DNA of 55,476 bases from the NCBI GenBank assembly GCA_902762395.1, contig CACWOA010000001.1, positions 1-55,476 on the forward strand, read 5' to 3'. Positions 1 to 9,584 of this stretch are shown one piece after another. The position numbers were made by a program, and so were the translations under genes. Source of the stretch: an uncultured Ruminococcus sp. (GTDB lineage: Bacteria > Bacillota > Clostridia > Oscillospirales > Acutalibacteraceae). The notes under the pieces were generated by a model. The model did no database searches. It saw nothing but the letters and a program-made list of their open reading frames with translations, and was not told the DNA's origin. Position 1 is the stretch's first letter. The number at the start of each line of letters is the position of its first letter.

Positions 1-350
1 CGCCGGATTTTTACATTGATCACGCGCGGCTGTATCTCGACAAGGATATGTATCCCGTGATGAATCTTGTCTTTTTCGGGCTCTACAGCAACGACGGCGG
101 CAAAACCTTTTGCAGCTACACCTACGGTTTGCAGCCTTCCTTCGGCAAGGAGGAAATCGAGGTCATCGACAGCGCCCATTCCCCACAGGAACTTCTCGGC
201 TTTATGACCGACGTTGCCACATATGTGATCGAGAGTGACGCGGAACTGCGCGACGGCGAAACCATCGGCTTTTCCGAAGAACAAAAGCTGCCCATTACCC
301 AATCGCCGAGCGCGGTTTTGGAGGGCGAAACCGTGAAGATCGGGTTTTAA
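1..350 (+). CDS. Hypothetical protein, 5'-truncated by the window edge
   Basis: The reading frame is open from nt 3 to the TAA at 348-350. The 100-aa ORF in the track is its C-terminal part. A strong terminator follows. I recognise no family with confidence. Confidence 0.55.
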   Translation, partial: PDFYIDHARLYLDKDMYPVMNLVFFGLYSNDGGKTFCSYTYGLQPSFGKEEIEVIDSAHSPQELLGFMTDVATYVIESDAELRDGETIGFSEEQKLPITQSPSAVLEGETVKIGF

Positions 351-377
351 AATATTCAAAATTCATTTTCTAAACAT

Positions 378-419
378 AATAACCGTCCGGTTTGACGCTG
401 CCGGACGGTTATTCTTTTA
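378..419 (+). terminator. Rho-independent terminator
   Basis: A perfect 13-bp stem, aataaccgtccgg / ccggacggttatt, is followed by tctttt. Confidence 0.8.
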
Positions 420-563
420 TGAGAGCGGCGGGGCGGTATTATTATGTTTTTGTGAGGAATCAAAATGACCGTGATATTTTGGGGTTGTATTTGATGTTAC
501 TATATGAAAGGCCTTTCAAGGGCGGCTTGCTCCGTCCTCAAAATTTGCATAGGAGGTGGCTGA

Positions 564-1058
564 ATGTCAGACGAGGAATTTACAGAAGCGGTACAGCGCT
601 ATTCGGATATGCTGTTCCGAATCGCGCTGAGCTGCTGCAAAAACAGGAGCGACGCGGAGGATATTGTGCAGAATGTATTTTTAAAGCTGTTCAGACATGA
701 AGGATTTTTCAACGATGAGGAACATATGAAAAGCTGGCTCATTCGCGTCGCCGTCAATGAAGGCAGACGCTACTTATCCTCGCCGTGGCACAGACGTGTG
801 ACCTGCCCGATGGATGACGAGAGTCTGGCAAAGGAGGGAATCCTCTTTGAAATTCCGGAACAAAGCGAGCTGTTTTTCGCGGTGCGGTCGCTGCCGCCCA
901 AATATCGTATCGTGGTGCATTTGTATTACTACGAGGATTATCGCGTCGGAGAAATCGCGGACATGCTCGGCGTTCGGGAGACGACCGTACAGACACAGCT
1001 TATGAGAGCAAGACAAAAACTCAAATCAAAACTTTCGGAGGCGGATTATGAATTTTAA
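564..1058 (+). CDS. ECF-type RNA polymerase sigma-70 family factor
   Basis: ATG is preceded by AGGAGGTGG. The region-2-like segment is DAEDIVQNVFLKLF...SWLIRVAVNE. The region-4 HTH-like segment is YRVGEIADMLGVRETTVQTQLMRARQKLK. Confidence 0.9.
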   Translation: MSDEEFTEAVQRYSDMLFRIALSCCKNRSDAEDIVQNVFLKLFRHEGFFNDEEHMKSWLIRVAVNEGRRYLSSPWHRRVTCPMDDESLAKEGILFEIPEQSELFFAVRSLPPKYRIVVHLYYYEDYRVGEIADMLGVRETTVQTQLMRARQKLKSKLSEADYEF

Positions 1059-1536
1059 ACAACAATACCGGGCGACCTTTTCGGAAATTCACGCTTCCGA
1101 AGAGCTGAAGAAAAAATGTTTCAACGTAAAGAACAAGGAAGGCAAGGCGATTCAATTGACAAAGAACAAAAAGAAAGTAATGGCCATCCTCGCGGCGGCG
1201 GCTTTGGCGGCTTCCTCCGCTGTCGCCGTGAACGCGGCGGAGGCGGATTCGGGTGTGCTGGGCAGCGCGTGGAAAAATCTCAGAGTGTATATCAACGGCA
1301 CGGAGGTCAGCGCCAGCGATTATGCGGACGGAGATCAATTCAAGATCACCTCCGACAACGGCGACATTGTGATCTACAAAGCCGACGACTTGCCGGAACA
1401 GGGAGACGGAGAAGACGGCGGGGTAACGGTTTCCGTTGAGATCCATGACGACGAGACGCATTCGGCAAGCGTATCTATCACGGAGGAAGCGCCCCCAACG
1501 GCAGCGCAGGAGGACGCGTCCGCTGCGAAATCATAA
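1048..1536 (+). CDS. Putative anti-sigma factor / single-pass membrane protein
   Basis: It overlaps the sigma gene stop by 11 nt, and its RBS is GGAGG. It has a short cytoplasmic N-terminus, one hydrophobic helix (MAILAAAALAASSAVAV) and an acidic ectodomain. The function is inferred from position only. Confidence 0.6.
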   Translation: MNFKQQYRATFSEIHASEELKKKCFNVKNKEGKAIQLTKNKKKVMAILAAAALAASSAVAVNAAEADSGVLGSAWKNLRVYINGTEVSASDYADGDQFKITSDNGDIVIYKADDLPEQGDGEDGGVTVSVEIHDDETHSASVSITEEAPPTAAQEDASAAKS

Positions 1537-1611
1537 CGCCTGTCCGTAACGGATTCAGAAAAGACGCAGAAAATGCGGTAAACGCAGAAAAATCAGAAAA
1601 AAGGAAGAAAA

Positions 1612-1656
1612 AACGGCGGTTTCGGTTTTAAATCTATTGCAACCGCCGTTTTTTTG
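1612..1656 (+). terminator. Rho-independent terminator
   Basis: The stem aacggcggtt / aaccgccgtt is followed by a T-run. Confidence 0.75.
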
Positions 1657-1665
1657 TTGTATAAT
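1637..1665 (+). promoter_or_regulatory. Sigma-A-type promoter for ddl
   Basis: TTGCAA, a 17-nt spacer, then TATAAT. It overlaps the 3' arm of the preceding terminator. Confidence 0.65.
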
Positions 1666-1722
1666 ATAATGTATAGCACTTATTCCGATAAGACAGCATC
1701 ATTGAAAGGATGGAAGAAGATT

Positions 1723-2811
1723 ATGTCTGGTGCAAACAAATTAAACGTCGCCGTGATCTTCGGCGGTAAATCCTCGGAACATGAGGTGTCGAGAGTCTCG
1801 GTCACAATGGTACTCAACAACATTGACAGAGAAAAATACAACGTATATATGATCGGCATCACCAAGGAGGGCAGATGGTACCTCTATGAGGGAGACGTGG
1901 GTCTCATTCCGGGCGGCGAATGGGAAACCTCCGGCAAGACCACACAGGCTTTTATTGTCCCCGACGCGGCGGTTCACGGTATGCTGGTGCTGCGGGAGAG
2001 CGGCACGGAAACCGTCCGCCTCGACGTGGCTTACCCCGTCATGCACGGCAAAAACGGCGAAGACGGCTCCATGCAGGGCTTGTTTGAACTGGCGCAGATT
2101 CCCTACATCGGCTGCGGCGTGGCTTCTTCCGCCATCTGCATGGACAAGGCGCTCACCAACACCGTCCTCGAATACGGCGGCATTCCGCAGGCGAAATTCT
2201 TATGGTTTTATCACCGCTATTTTGAACGCCACATCGACCGCTGCCTCGAACAGGTGGAAGATCAGCTTGGTTATCCCTGCTTTGTCAAGCCCGCCAACGC
2301 CGGTTCCTCGGTGGGCATCAGCAAATGCAGCAGCCCCGGCGAACTGATGGACGCGGTGCGTCTCGCGGCCCAGCATGACGACAAGATTGTGGTGGAGGAA
2401 GCCATCAACGGTCGTGAAGTGGAAGTGGCGGTGCTCGGCAACGACGAACCCATCGTCTCTGTACCGGGCGAAATCATTCCCGCCGCCGACTGGTACGACT
2501 ACGACGCAAAATACAACGACGAATCCAGCCGCCTGGTTATTCCTGCCGACCTCAAACCCGCTACCGTGGAGCTGATTCAAAAGAGAGCGCTCCGTGCTTA
2601 CAAGATTCTCGGCTGTTCGGGACTGGCGCGCATCGACTTCCTGGTGCGCAAGAGCGACGGAGAACCGATGCTCAACGAACCCAACACCCTGCCCGGCTTC
2701 ACCGAAATCAGCATGTACCCCAAGCTGTTTGAAGCGTCCGGCGTCGGCAAAACCGAGCTGATCGACAAAATCATCGCGTTCGCCCTCGAAAGAGCGGACA
2801 GGAAAAAGTAA
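1723..2811 (+). CDS. ddl: D-alanine--D-alanine ligase
   Basis: The N-terminus is typical of Ddl (KLNVAVIFGGKSSEHEVSRVS), with ATP-grasp motifs including PCFVKPANAGSSVGISK and LNEPNTLPGFT. I prefer the ATG at 1723, which has an AAAGGA RBS, over the track start at 1654. Confidence 0.93.
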   Translation: MSGANKLNVAVIFGGKSSEHEVSRVSVTMVLNNIDREKYNVYMIGITKEGRWYLYEGDVGLIPGGEWETSGKTTQAFIVPDAAVHGMLVLRESGTETVRLDVAYPVMHGKNGEDGSMQGLFELAQIPYIGCGVASSAICMDKALTNTVLEYGGIPQAKFLWFYHRYFERHIDRCLEQVEDQLGYPCFVKPANAGSSVGISKCSSPGELMDAVRLAAQHDDKIVVEEAINGREVEVAVLGNDEPIVSVPGEIIPAADWYDYDAKYNDESSRLVIPADLKPATVELIQKRALRAYKILGCSGLARIDFLVRKSDGEPMLNEPNTLPGFTEISMYPKLFEASGVGKTELIDKIIAFALERADRKK

Positions 2812-2814
2812 ACC

Positions 2815-3234
2815 ATGCGTGCGGAAACATCCTACCGCCTGAAAATTGCGACCTCGATTCACGCGGACGACTACGACGACGATATGGAGGTCATCTGCCC
2901 CTGCCGCTATTCTTTCGCGGACGGGGTGCATCGGCTCAAATATGACGACGAGGAAAACGGATTCACGGTGATCAAAATCACTTCCGACGGTGAGATTCAG
3001 ATATCCCGCCGCCGTTCCTTCTCGATTCTCCTTCGTCCGGGCTATTCCCACAGCGTTGACGCCCAGACGCCCTACGGCACGATTCCGATGGTGTTCACCC
3101 TGCAAAGCGCGGACTGCTCGCTCACCGAACGCGGCGGACGGGTGGAATACGTCTCGCAGGTGGAGATCGACGGCGCGGCGCAGATCAACCGCGTCATCAT
3201 GGAGCTGACCGAAATCACAGAAAGGATTGATTGA
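2815..3234 (+). CDS. DUF1934 (YwiB-like) domain protein
   Basis: It is a 139-aa beta-rich protein immediately upstream of argS, which is the usual Firmicute position for this family. The sequence pattern is consistent with the family. Confidence 0.75.
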   Translation: MRAETSYRLKIATSIHADDYDDDMEVICPCRYSFADGVHRLKYDDEENGFTVIKITSDGEIQISRRRSFSILLRPGYSHSVDAQTPYGTIPMVFTLQSADCSLTERGGRVEYVSQVEIDGAAQINRVIMELTEITERID

Positions 3235-3238
3235 CCAA

Positions 3239-4948
3239 ATGACCAATGCCATCCATGACATACACGGACAAATCAGAGAAATCATCATGGCGGCGATGGG
3301 ACGCGCGGTAGCGGATGAAGTCATCCCCGCCGTCCCCGCCCCCGCCTTTACCATCGAAATCCCCGCCGACCCCTCCCACGGCGATTTTGCCACCAACGCG
3401 GCGATGATCTCCGCCAAGGCGTTCCGTCTGCCGCCCCGCAAGATTGCGGAGCTTCTCACCGAGCGCATGGACTTCACCGGCACCTATGTCGAGCACGTGG
3501 AGGTCGCGGGTCCCGGCTTCATCAACTTCTTTGTCAGCCGCCGCTATTTCAGCGACGTCCTGACGGGCATTCACGCTGACGGCGCCGATTACGGCAAATC
3601 CGATTACGGTCAGGGCAGACGCGTGATGGTGGAATTTGTTTCCGCCAACCCCACCGGTCCCATGCATATCGGCAATTCGCGCGGCGGCGCGCTGGGCGAC
3701 TGCCTTGCCGCCGTACTCGAAGCGGCGGGTTATGACGTCGCCCGCGAATTCTACGTCAACGACGCGGGCAACCAGATCCAGAAATTCGCCCTCTCGCTGG
3801 ACATCCGCTACCAGCAGCTTTTCAAGGGCGAAGACGCCGCACCGCTGCCGGAGGATTCCTACCACGGCGCTGACATCACCGAGCTGGCAAAGGAATTTGC
3901 CGACATACACGGCGACAGCTACCTTAGCAAGAGCGAGGAAGAACGCCGCGCCGCGCTGGTGGATTATGCCCTGCCCAAAAACATCGCCAGAATGAAGACG
4001 GACATTGCCAAATACCGCATTACCTATGATACATGGTTTCTCGAAAGCTCGCTGCATGAAAGCGGCGAGGTACAGGAGATCATCGACATCCTCACCGAGA
4101 AAGGGCTGACCTACGAGAAGGAAGGCGCGATCTGGTACAAGGCGACGCAGTTCGGCGGCGAGAAGGACGAGGTGCTGGTCCGTGCCAACGGCAACCCCAC
4201 CTATTTCGCGGCGGATATCGCCTATCACCGCAACAAATTCCAAAAGCGCGGCTTTGACACCTGCATCGACGTGTGGGGCGCCGACCATCACGGTCACGTC
4301 GCGCGTATGAAAGGCGCGATGGACGCGATCGGTCTGGACGGCTCCAAGCTCCACATCGTTCTCATGCAGCTCGTGCGCCTGATGGACAACGGCGTTCCGG
4401 TCATCGTCAGCAAACGTACCGGCAAGGCCATTCAACTCGCTGACCTGCTTGACGAGGTATCAGTGGACGCGGCACGCTTTTTCTTCAACCTGCGCGAGGC
4501 TAACACCCAGATGGACTTCGACATGGAACTCGCGGTGCGCGAAGATTCGCAGAACCCGGTCTATTATGTGCAGTACGCCCACGCGAGAATCTGCTCGATT
4601 TTCCGCCGCGACGAGGCAAAGAAATTCAATCTCGACGAGGTATCCCCCGAGGCGCTCGACCTGCTCACGCATCCCTCCGAAATCGAACTCATCCGCTACC
4701 TCTCCTCCCTGCCGAACGAAATCATCGCGGCGGCGAAGGAATACGAACCCGCCCGCATGACCCGTTACGTCATGGAGCTGGCTTCCAAATATCACAAGTT
4801 CTACCACGACTGCCGCGTGCTGGGCAACGACGACGACAACCTCACTGCCGCGCGTCTGCTGCTCTGTGACTGCGTGCGCCGCGTGATCGCCAACATTCTC
4901 AATATGCTCAAAGTCACCGCTCCCGATCACATGGAATCGCAGGAGTAA
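3239..4948 (+). CDS. argS: Arginine--tRNA ligase
   Basis: It has the class-I HIGH motif (PTGPMHIGNSRG) and a C-terminal anticodon-binding region ending in M. The track start at 3227 is TTG. The ATG at 3239 lies just after the upstream stop and is preferred. Confidence 0.95.
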   Translation: MTNAIHDIHGQIREIIMAAMGRAVADEVIPAVPAPAFTIEIPADPSHGDFATNAAMISAKAFRLPPRKIAELLTERMDFTGTYVEHVEVAGPGFINFFVSRRYFSDVLTGIHADGADYGKSDYGQGRRVMVEFVSANPTGPMHIGNSRGGALGDCLAAVLEAAGYDVAREFYVNDAGNQIQKFALSLDIRYQQLFKGEDAAPLPEDSYHGADITELAKEFADIHGDSYLSKSEEERRAALVDYALPKNIARMKTDIAKYRITYDTWFLESSLHESGEVQEIIDILTEKGLTYEKEGAIWYKATQFGGEKDEVLVRANGNPTYFAADIAYHRNKFQKRGFDTCIDVWGADHHGHVARMKGAMDAIGLDGSKLHIVLMQLVRLMDNGVPVIVSKRTGKAIQLADLLDEVSVDAARFFFNLREANTQMDFDMELAVREDSQNPVYYVQYAHARICSIFRRDEAKKFNLDEVSPEALDLLTHPSEIELIRYLSSLPNEIIAAAKEYEPARMTRYVMELASKYHKFYHDCRVLGNDDDNLTAARLLLCDCVRRVIANILNMLKVTAPDHMESQE

Positions 4949-4969
4949 CCATAAAAAGGAGAGTCGGCA

Positions 4970-6094
4970 ATGGAAAGACAAAACAAACCCAACGCAAAAA
5001 AGAACCGTCTGAAACGGGGTGCTATCCTCCTTTCGTGCGTGGCGGGGGCATTCCTTCTGATTATCGCGGGATATATCGCCTATGTGCTGATGACATATAA
5101 CCGCATCGGGGACAACCAGACGCTGGAACCTGCCGGAACCGCCGGAACCGACACACTCAAAACAGACACGGAATATACCGCCATCACCTACAATATCGGC
5201 TTCGGCGCCTACACACCCGACTATACGTTTTTTATGGACGGCGGCACGCAATCTTGGGCGGCGTCGAAAGAAAGCGTTATACAGTGCATTGACGGAGATA
5301 TCGCTCTTTTAAAACAATACCGTCCCGACATCGCCATGATACAAGAAGTGGATACAGACTCTACCCGCAGCTATCATATAAACGAGGCGGAACGGATGCA
5401 GAATGCGTTTGACGGTTTTTCCTCCACCTTCGCTGTCAATTATCATTCCGCGTTTCTGTTTTACCCTTTTCTTCAGCCTCACGGAGCTTCCCACTCGGGA
5501 CTTCTGACGCTCAGCACCGCGCGGATAGCCTCCGCCACACGGCGCAGTTTGCCGATTTCGGAAAGCGTGTCAAAGTTCATTGACCTCGACCGCTGCTATT
5601 CCGTCAACCATATCCAAACGGAAAACGGGAAGGAATTGGTCGTCATCAACGCCCATCTGTCCGCATACGGAACGGACAGTGATTTGCAGGCACAACAGCT
5701 TCAAAAGCTGTTCGGAGATATGCAGCAGGAATACGAAAAAGGGAATTATGTCATCTGCGCCGGTGACTTCAATCATGATTTTACCGGACATTCCAAGGAA
5801 CACTTTAATGACGAGGTTCCCGAACAATACAGCTGGGCGGCAGAGTTTCCCGATGAGATGATACCGGCTCATTTTGATAAACTGACCGATTACCACAGCG
5901 GACTCACCATTCCCTCCTGCCGCAACTGTGACAAACCTTATGGACCGGACTGTTTTACATTGATCGTTGACGGATTTATCGTTTCCGACAATGTGGAATC
6001 CGCCTTTATGGATGTGGTCGACAATCAGTTTCTCTACAGCGATCATAACCCGGTCGTATTAAAATTCAAGCTGAAACCGTCTGATCACGCGTAA
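4970..6094 (+). CDS. Membrane-anchored endonuclease/exonuclease/phosphatase (EEP) family protein
   Basis: It has an N-terminal TM helix. The EEP motifs are ITYNIG, MIQEVD, INAHLSAY, GDFNHD and YSDHNPV. Confidence 0.8.
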   Translation: MERQNKPNAKKNRLKRGAILLSCVAGAFLLIIAGYIAYVLMTYNRIGDNQTLEPAGTAGTDTLKTDTEYTAITYNIGFGAYTPDYTFFMDGGTQSWAASKESVIQCIDGDIALLKQYRPDIAMIQEVDTDSTRSYHINEAERMQNAFDGFSSTFAVNYHSAFLFYPFLQPHGASHSGLLTLSTARIASATRRSLPISESVSKFIDLDRCYSVNHIQTENGKELVVINAHLSAYGTDSDLQAQQLQKLFGDMQQEYEKGNYVICAGDFNHDFTGHSKEHFNDEVPEQYSWAAEFPDEMIPAHFDKLTDYHSGLTIPSCRNCDKPYGPDCFTLIVDGFIVSDNVESAFMDVVDNQFLYSDHNPVVLKFKLKPSDHA

Positions 6095-6228
6095 TCCCCG
6101 CCCGGTCATTTCCGAAGCATCTCCTGCATGACAACTTCCCTCCTCCGAAAGGAAAGTGAAATGTGAAGTTGTTTATTTACGGCTTCATGCTGTTGCAGCT
6201 CCGCTTTTTCATGATTTTTTACAGACAA

Positions 6229-6275
6229 CAAAAAACAGCGCGGATGTGCTTTCCTGTGCATCTGCGCTGTTTTTC
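6229..6275. terminator. Bidirectional rho-independent terminator
   Basis: A 15-bp stem (acagcgcggatgtgc / gtgcatctgcgctgt, with three G-U pairs) is flanked by an A-run and a T-run. It lies between convergent genes. Confidence 0.7.
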
Positions 6276-6386
6276 GTTGTATCAACTGGTTCTCCACTTG
6301 GCAAAACAAACTCCCTCCGTCACGTCACAGACGTACCGAAGGGAGTACTTGCATTTTGGACAGCGCTAACCACTAACCACTGACCA

Positions 6387-9300
6387 CTAAATTTTCGCGA
6401 TGTCGATGACCGAGAGATCAACGCCGTCAGCGTTCTTGAGACAGGTTGCCAATGCTCTCGCCGTGTCAAGCGAGGTGAAGCAATGCACGCCGCACTCCAC
6501 GGCATTTCTTCTGATGAGATAGCCGTCGCGGTTGGTTTCCATGCCCTGTGTGGGGGTGTTGATGATGAGGTCAAGCTCATTGTTGACAATCATGTCAATG
6601 TAGTTGGGGGAACCGTCCTCGAGGCGCTTTACCACACGGTTGGGGATGCCGCGGTCGGAGAGATAACGGCTGGTGCCGGCGGTGCAGTAGATTTCATACC
6701 CCAGATCGACAAAATCCTGCGCGATGGGAACGACTTCTTCCTTGTCCATATCCTTGACGGTAATGGCAATCTTGTGGCTGCGGGGCAGGCGGATACCGGT
6801 GCCGACAAACGCCTTGATAAGGGCTTCCTCGTAGGTGTAGGCGATACCCAGCACTTCGCCGGTGGACTTCATTTCGGGACCGAGGCTGATGTCCGCGCCG
6901 TAGAGCTTCTCAAACGAGAAGACCGGCATTTTGATGGCGATGGTAGGCTGCTCCTTCTGGAGGCCGTATTCATAGCCGAGGTCGGGAATCTTCTTGTCGC
7001 CGAAGAGACACTGCGTCGCCAGCTTGACAATCGGAATGCCCGTGATCTTGCTGATATAGGGAACCGTTCTGGAAGAACGAGGATTGGCTTCGATGATATA
7101 CACCACATCGTCCTTGACGATGAACTGGATGTTGATCATGCCGCGCACGCCCAGCGACAGCGCCAGATTGCGCGTATCCTCCACGATCTTCTCCTGCACC
7201 TTCTTGCTGATCGACTGGCAGGGATAGACCGAAATGGAGTCGCCGGAGTGAACGCCCGCGCGCTCGATATGCTCCATGATGCCGGGAATGAGGATGTCAG
7301 TGCCGTCGCAGATCGCGTCAACCTCAACCTCCTTGCCCATGATATATTTGTCAACGAGAATCGGATGATCCTGTTGGATGCGGTTGATAATGCCGATATA
7401 CTCGCGGATCTCCTTATCCGAGAAGGCGATATGCATCCCCTGACCGCCCAGCACGTAGGAAGGACGCACGAGGACGGGATAGCCGATTTCATTGGCGGCG
7501 GCAATGGCTTCGTCGCAGGTAAAGACCGTCTTACCGGGCGCCTTGGGAATGCCGCACTTGGTGAGAATCCGGTCGAACAGCTCTCTGTCCTCGGCTCTGT
7601 CCATATTCTCCGCGGAGGTGCCGAGAATGCGCACGCCCATCTTGTCGAGCGCCTCGCACAGCTTGATGGCTGTCTGCCCGCCGAACTGCACGACCGCGCC
7701 GTAGGGCTGCTCCAGCTCCACGATGTTGCGCACGTCTTCGGGGGTCAGCGGTTCAAAGTACAGCTTGTCCGACACGTCAAAGTCGGTGGAAACGGTTTCG
7801 GGGTTGTTGTTGACGATGATCGTCTCATAGCCCGCCGCCCTGAGCGCCCACACGGAATGCACCGAGCAGTAGTCAAACTCCACGCCCTGACCGATACGAA
7901 TCGGGCCGGAACCGATGACCATGACCTTTTTCTTGTCGGTTGTCGGGTCAACCTCGTTTTCGCTCTCGTAGCAGGAATAGTAGTAAGGGGTTTCCGCGTC
8001 GAATTCGGCGGCGCAGGTGTCGACCATCTTGTAGGCCGCCCTGATGCCGTTGTCGTAACGCATGGCGCGGACTTCGTCCTCGTCCCTGCCGCAGATTTCA
8101 CCGATCACCTTGTCGGTGAAGCCGAGCAGCTTGGCGCGGCGGAGCGTTTCCACGCTCAGTTCCGTTGCAATCGCCTTTTCGGTTTCGACGATAGAGGCGA
8201 GCTTGTCGATAAACCACAGGTCGATGGTGGTAATGTCGTGAATGCTTTCCTGCGTATAGCCGCGGCGGAGTGCTTCGGCAATGACGAAGATGCGGCGGTC
8301 GTCCACCAGATGAAGCGCCTGTCCGAGCGTTGCATCGTCCATCTCCATGACTTCCTTCATGCGCAGGCTGAAAATGTTGGTTTCGAGGCAGCGGATGGAT
8401 TTCATCAGCGCGCTCTCGAAATTGATGCCGATGCCCATGACTTCGCCGGTCGCCTTCATCTGGGTGCCGAGCTTTCTCTTGGCATAGACAAATTTATCAA
8501 ACGGCCAGCGCGGAATCTTGACAACGCAGTAATCCAGCGTCGGCTCGAAGCAGGCAAAGGTCTTGTGGGTGATGGCGTTCTTGATCTCGTCGAGGCGGTA
8601 GCCCAGCGCGATTTTGGCCGCTACCTTGGCGATGGGATAGCCCGTCGCCTTGGATGCCAGCGCGGAAGAACGGCTCACGCGGGGGTTGACCTCGATGACC
8701 GCGTACTCAAAGCTGTTCGGATTGAGCGCGAACTGCACGTTGCAGCCGCCCGCGATGTCGAGTTCGTCGATGATGGCGAGCGCCGCGCTGCGGAGCATCT
8801 GGTGTTCCTTGTCGCTGAGCGTCTGGGACGGCGCGACAACGATGGAGTCGCCCGTGTGAACGCCCACCGGGTCGAGATTTTCCATATTACAGACGGTGAT
8901 GCAGTTGCCCGCGCTGTCGCGGATGACTTCATATTCAATTTCCTTCCAGCCGCCGATGTAGCGCTCGATCAGCGCTTCGGTCACGCGGCTGACCTGGAGA
9001 CCGTGACCGCAGATTTCCACCAGCTCGTCATGATTATGGGCAATGCCGCCGCCTGTGCCGCCCAGCGTGAAGGCGGGACGCACCACCACGGGATAGCCGA
9101 TCTTCTCGGCAAACGCGACGGCGTCCTCCACCGTATGCACCACCAGACTTTCGGCGCAGGGCTGGTGGATTTTCTCCATGGTGTCTTTAAATTCCTGTCT
9201 GTCCTCCGCCTTGCGGATGGTTTCGGCGGTGGTGCCGATCATGGTCACGCCGTGTGCGGCAAAGAAGCCTTCTTCCTCCAACTCCACCGCGAGGTTCAGC

Positions 9301-9584
9301 GCGTTCTGACCGCCGAGGGTGGGCAGAATGGAGTCGGGTTTTTCCGCGAGAATGACCTTCCTGACCGTGTCGGTGGTAAGCGGCTCGATGTAAACCTTGT
9401 CCGCAATGTCCTTGTCGGTCATAATGGTGGCGGGGTTTGAGTTGATCAGGACGACCTCAACGCCTTCCTCCTTGAGCGAGCGGCACGCCTGTGTGCCCGC
9501 GTAGTCAAATTCGGCGGCCTGACCGATGATGATCGGACCGGAGCCGATGACGACAACCTTTTTTATAGCAGGATTCTTGGGCAT
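6387..9584 (-). CDS. carB: Carbamoyl-phosphate synthase large subunit
   Basis: It is 1065 aa with duplicated ATP-grasp halves and a C-terminal MGS-like domain. The N-terminus (KKVVVIGSGPIIIGQAAEFDYAGTQA) is diagnostic. Confidence 0.97.
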   Translation of the reverse strand: MPKNPAIKKVVVIGSGPIIIGQAAEFDYAGTQACRSLKEEGVEVVLINSNPATIMTDKDIADKVYIEPLTTDTVRKVILAEKPDSILPTLGGQNALNLAVELEEEGFFAAHGVTMIGTTAETIRKAEDRQEFKDTMEKIHQPCAESLVVHTVEDAVAFAEKIGYPVVVRPAFTLGGTGGGIAHNHDELVEICGHGLQVSRVTEALIERYIGGWKEIEYEVIRDSAGNCITVCNMENLDPVGVHTGDSIVVAPSQTLSDKEHQMLRSAALAIIDELDIAGGCNVQFALNPNSFEYAVIEVNPRVSRSSALASKATGYPIAKVAAKIALGYRLDEIKNAITHKTFACFEPTLDYCVVKIPRWPFDKFVYAKRKLGTQMKATGEVMGIGINFESALMKSIRCLETNIFSLRMKEVMEMDDATLGQALHLVDDRRIFVIAEALRRGYTQESIHDITTIDLWFIDKLASIVETEKAIATELSVETLRRAKLLGFTDKVIGEICGRDEDEVRAMRYDNGIRAAYKMVDTCAAEFDAETPYYYSCYESENEVDPTTDKKKVMVIGSGPIRIGQGVEFDYCSVHSVWALRAAGYETIIVNNNPETVSTDFDVSDKLYFEPLTPEDVRNIVELEQPYGAVVQFGGQTAIKLCEALDKMGVRILGTSAENMDRAEDRELFDRILTKCGIPKAPGKTVFTCDEAIAAANEIGYPVLVRPSYVLGGQGMHIAFSDKEIREYIGIINRIQQDHPILVDKYIMGKEVEVDAICDGTDILIPGIMEHIERAGVHSGDSISVYPCQSISKKVQEKIVEDTRNLALSLGVRGMINIQFIVKDDVVYIIEANPRSSRTVPYISKITGIPIVKLATQCLFGDKKIPDLGYEYGLQKEQPTIAIKMPVFSFEKLYGADISLGPEMKSTGEVLGIAYTYEEALIKAFVGTGIRLPRSHKIAITVKDMDKEEVVPIAQDFVDLGYEIYCTAGTSRYLSDRGIPNRVVKRLEDGSPNYIDMIVNNELDLIINTPTQGMETNRDGYLIRRNAVECGVHCFTSLDTARALATCLKNADGVDLSVIDIAKI

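Noticed and set aside
392-700. A 102-aa ORF that overlaps the terminator at 378-419 and the start of the sigma gene.
   Set aside because: It starts with TTG inside a terminator hairpin, has no RBS, and overlaps the well-supported ECF sigma gene out of frame.
6156-6383. Two overlapping small ORFs of 75 aa and 68 aa in the EEP-carB intergenic region.
   Set aside because: Both run straight through the bidirectional terminator at 6229-6275, and they have GTG starts without a convincing RBS. The short accact-type triplet repeat at 6368-6386 is too small to be meaningful.
6483-9440. A 985-aa ORF on the plus strand opposite carB. Similar long antisense ORFs occur at 2200-3483, 3215-4435, 9662-10783, 24716-26227, 30928-32301, 40160-41671, 48634-49704, 49887-51380 and 54264-55187.
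   Set aside because: Each lies antisense to a gene with unmistakable family motifs. Their translations are low-complexity, rich in Arg/Gly/Ala/His, with no recognisable motifs or RBS. These are the expected stop-poor shadow frames of high-G+C coding DNA.
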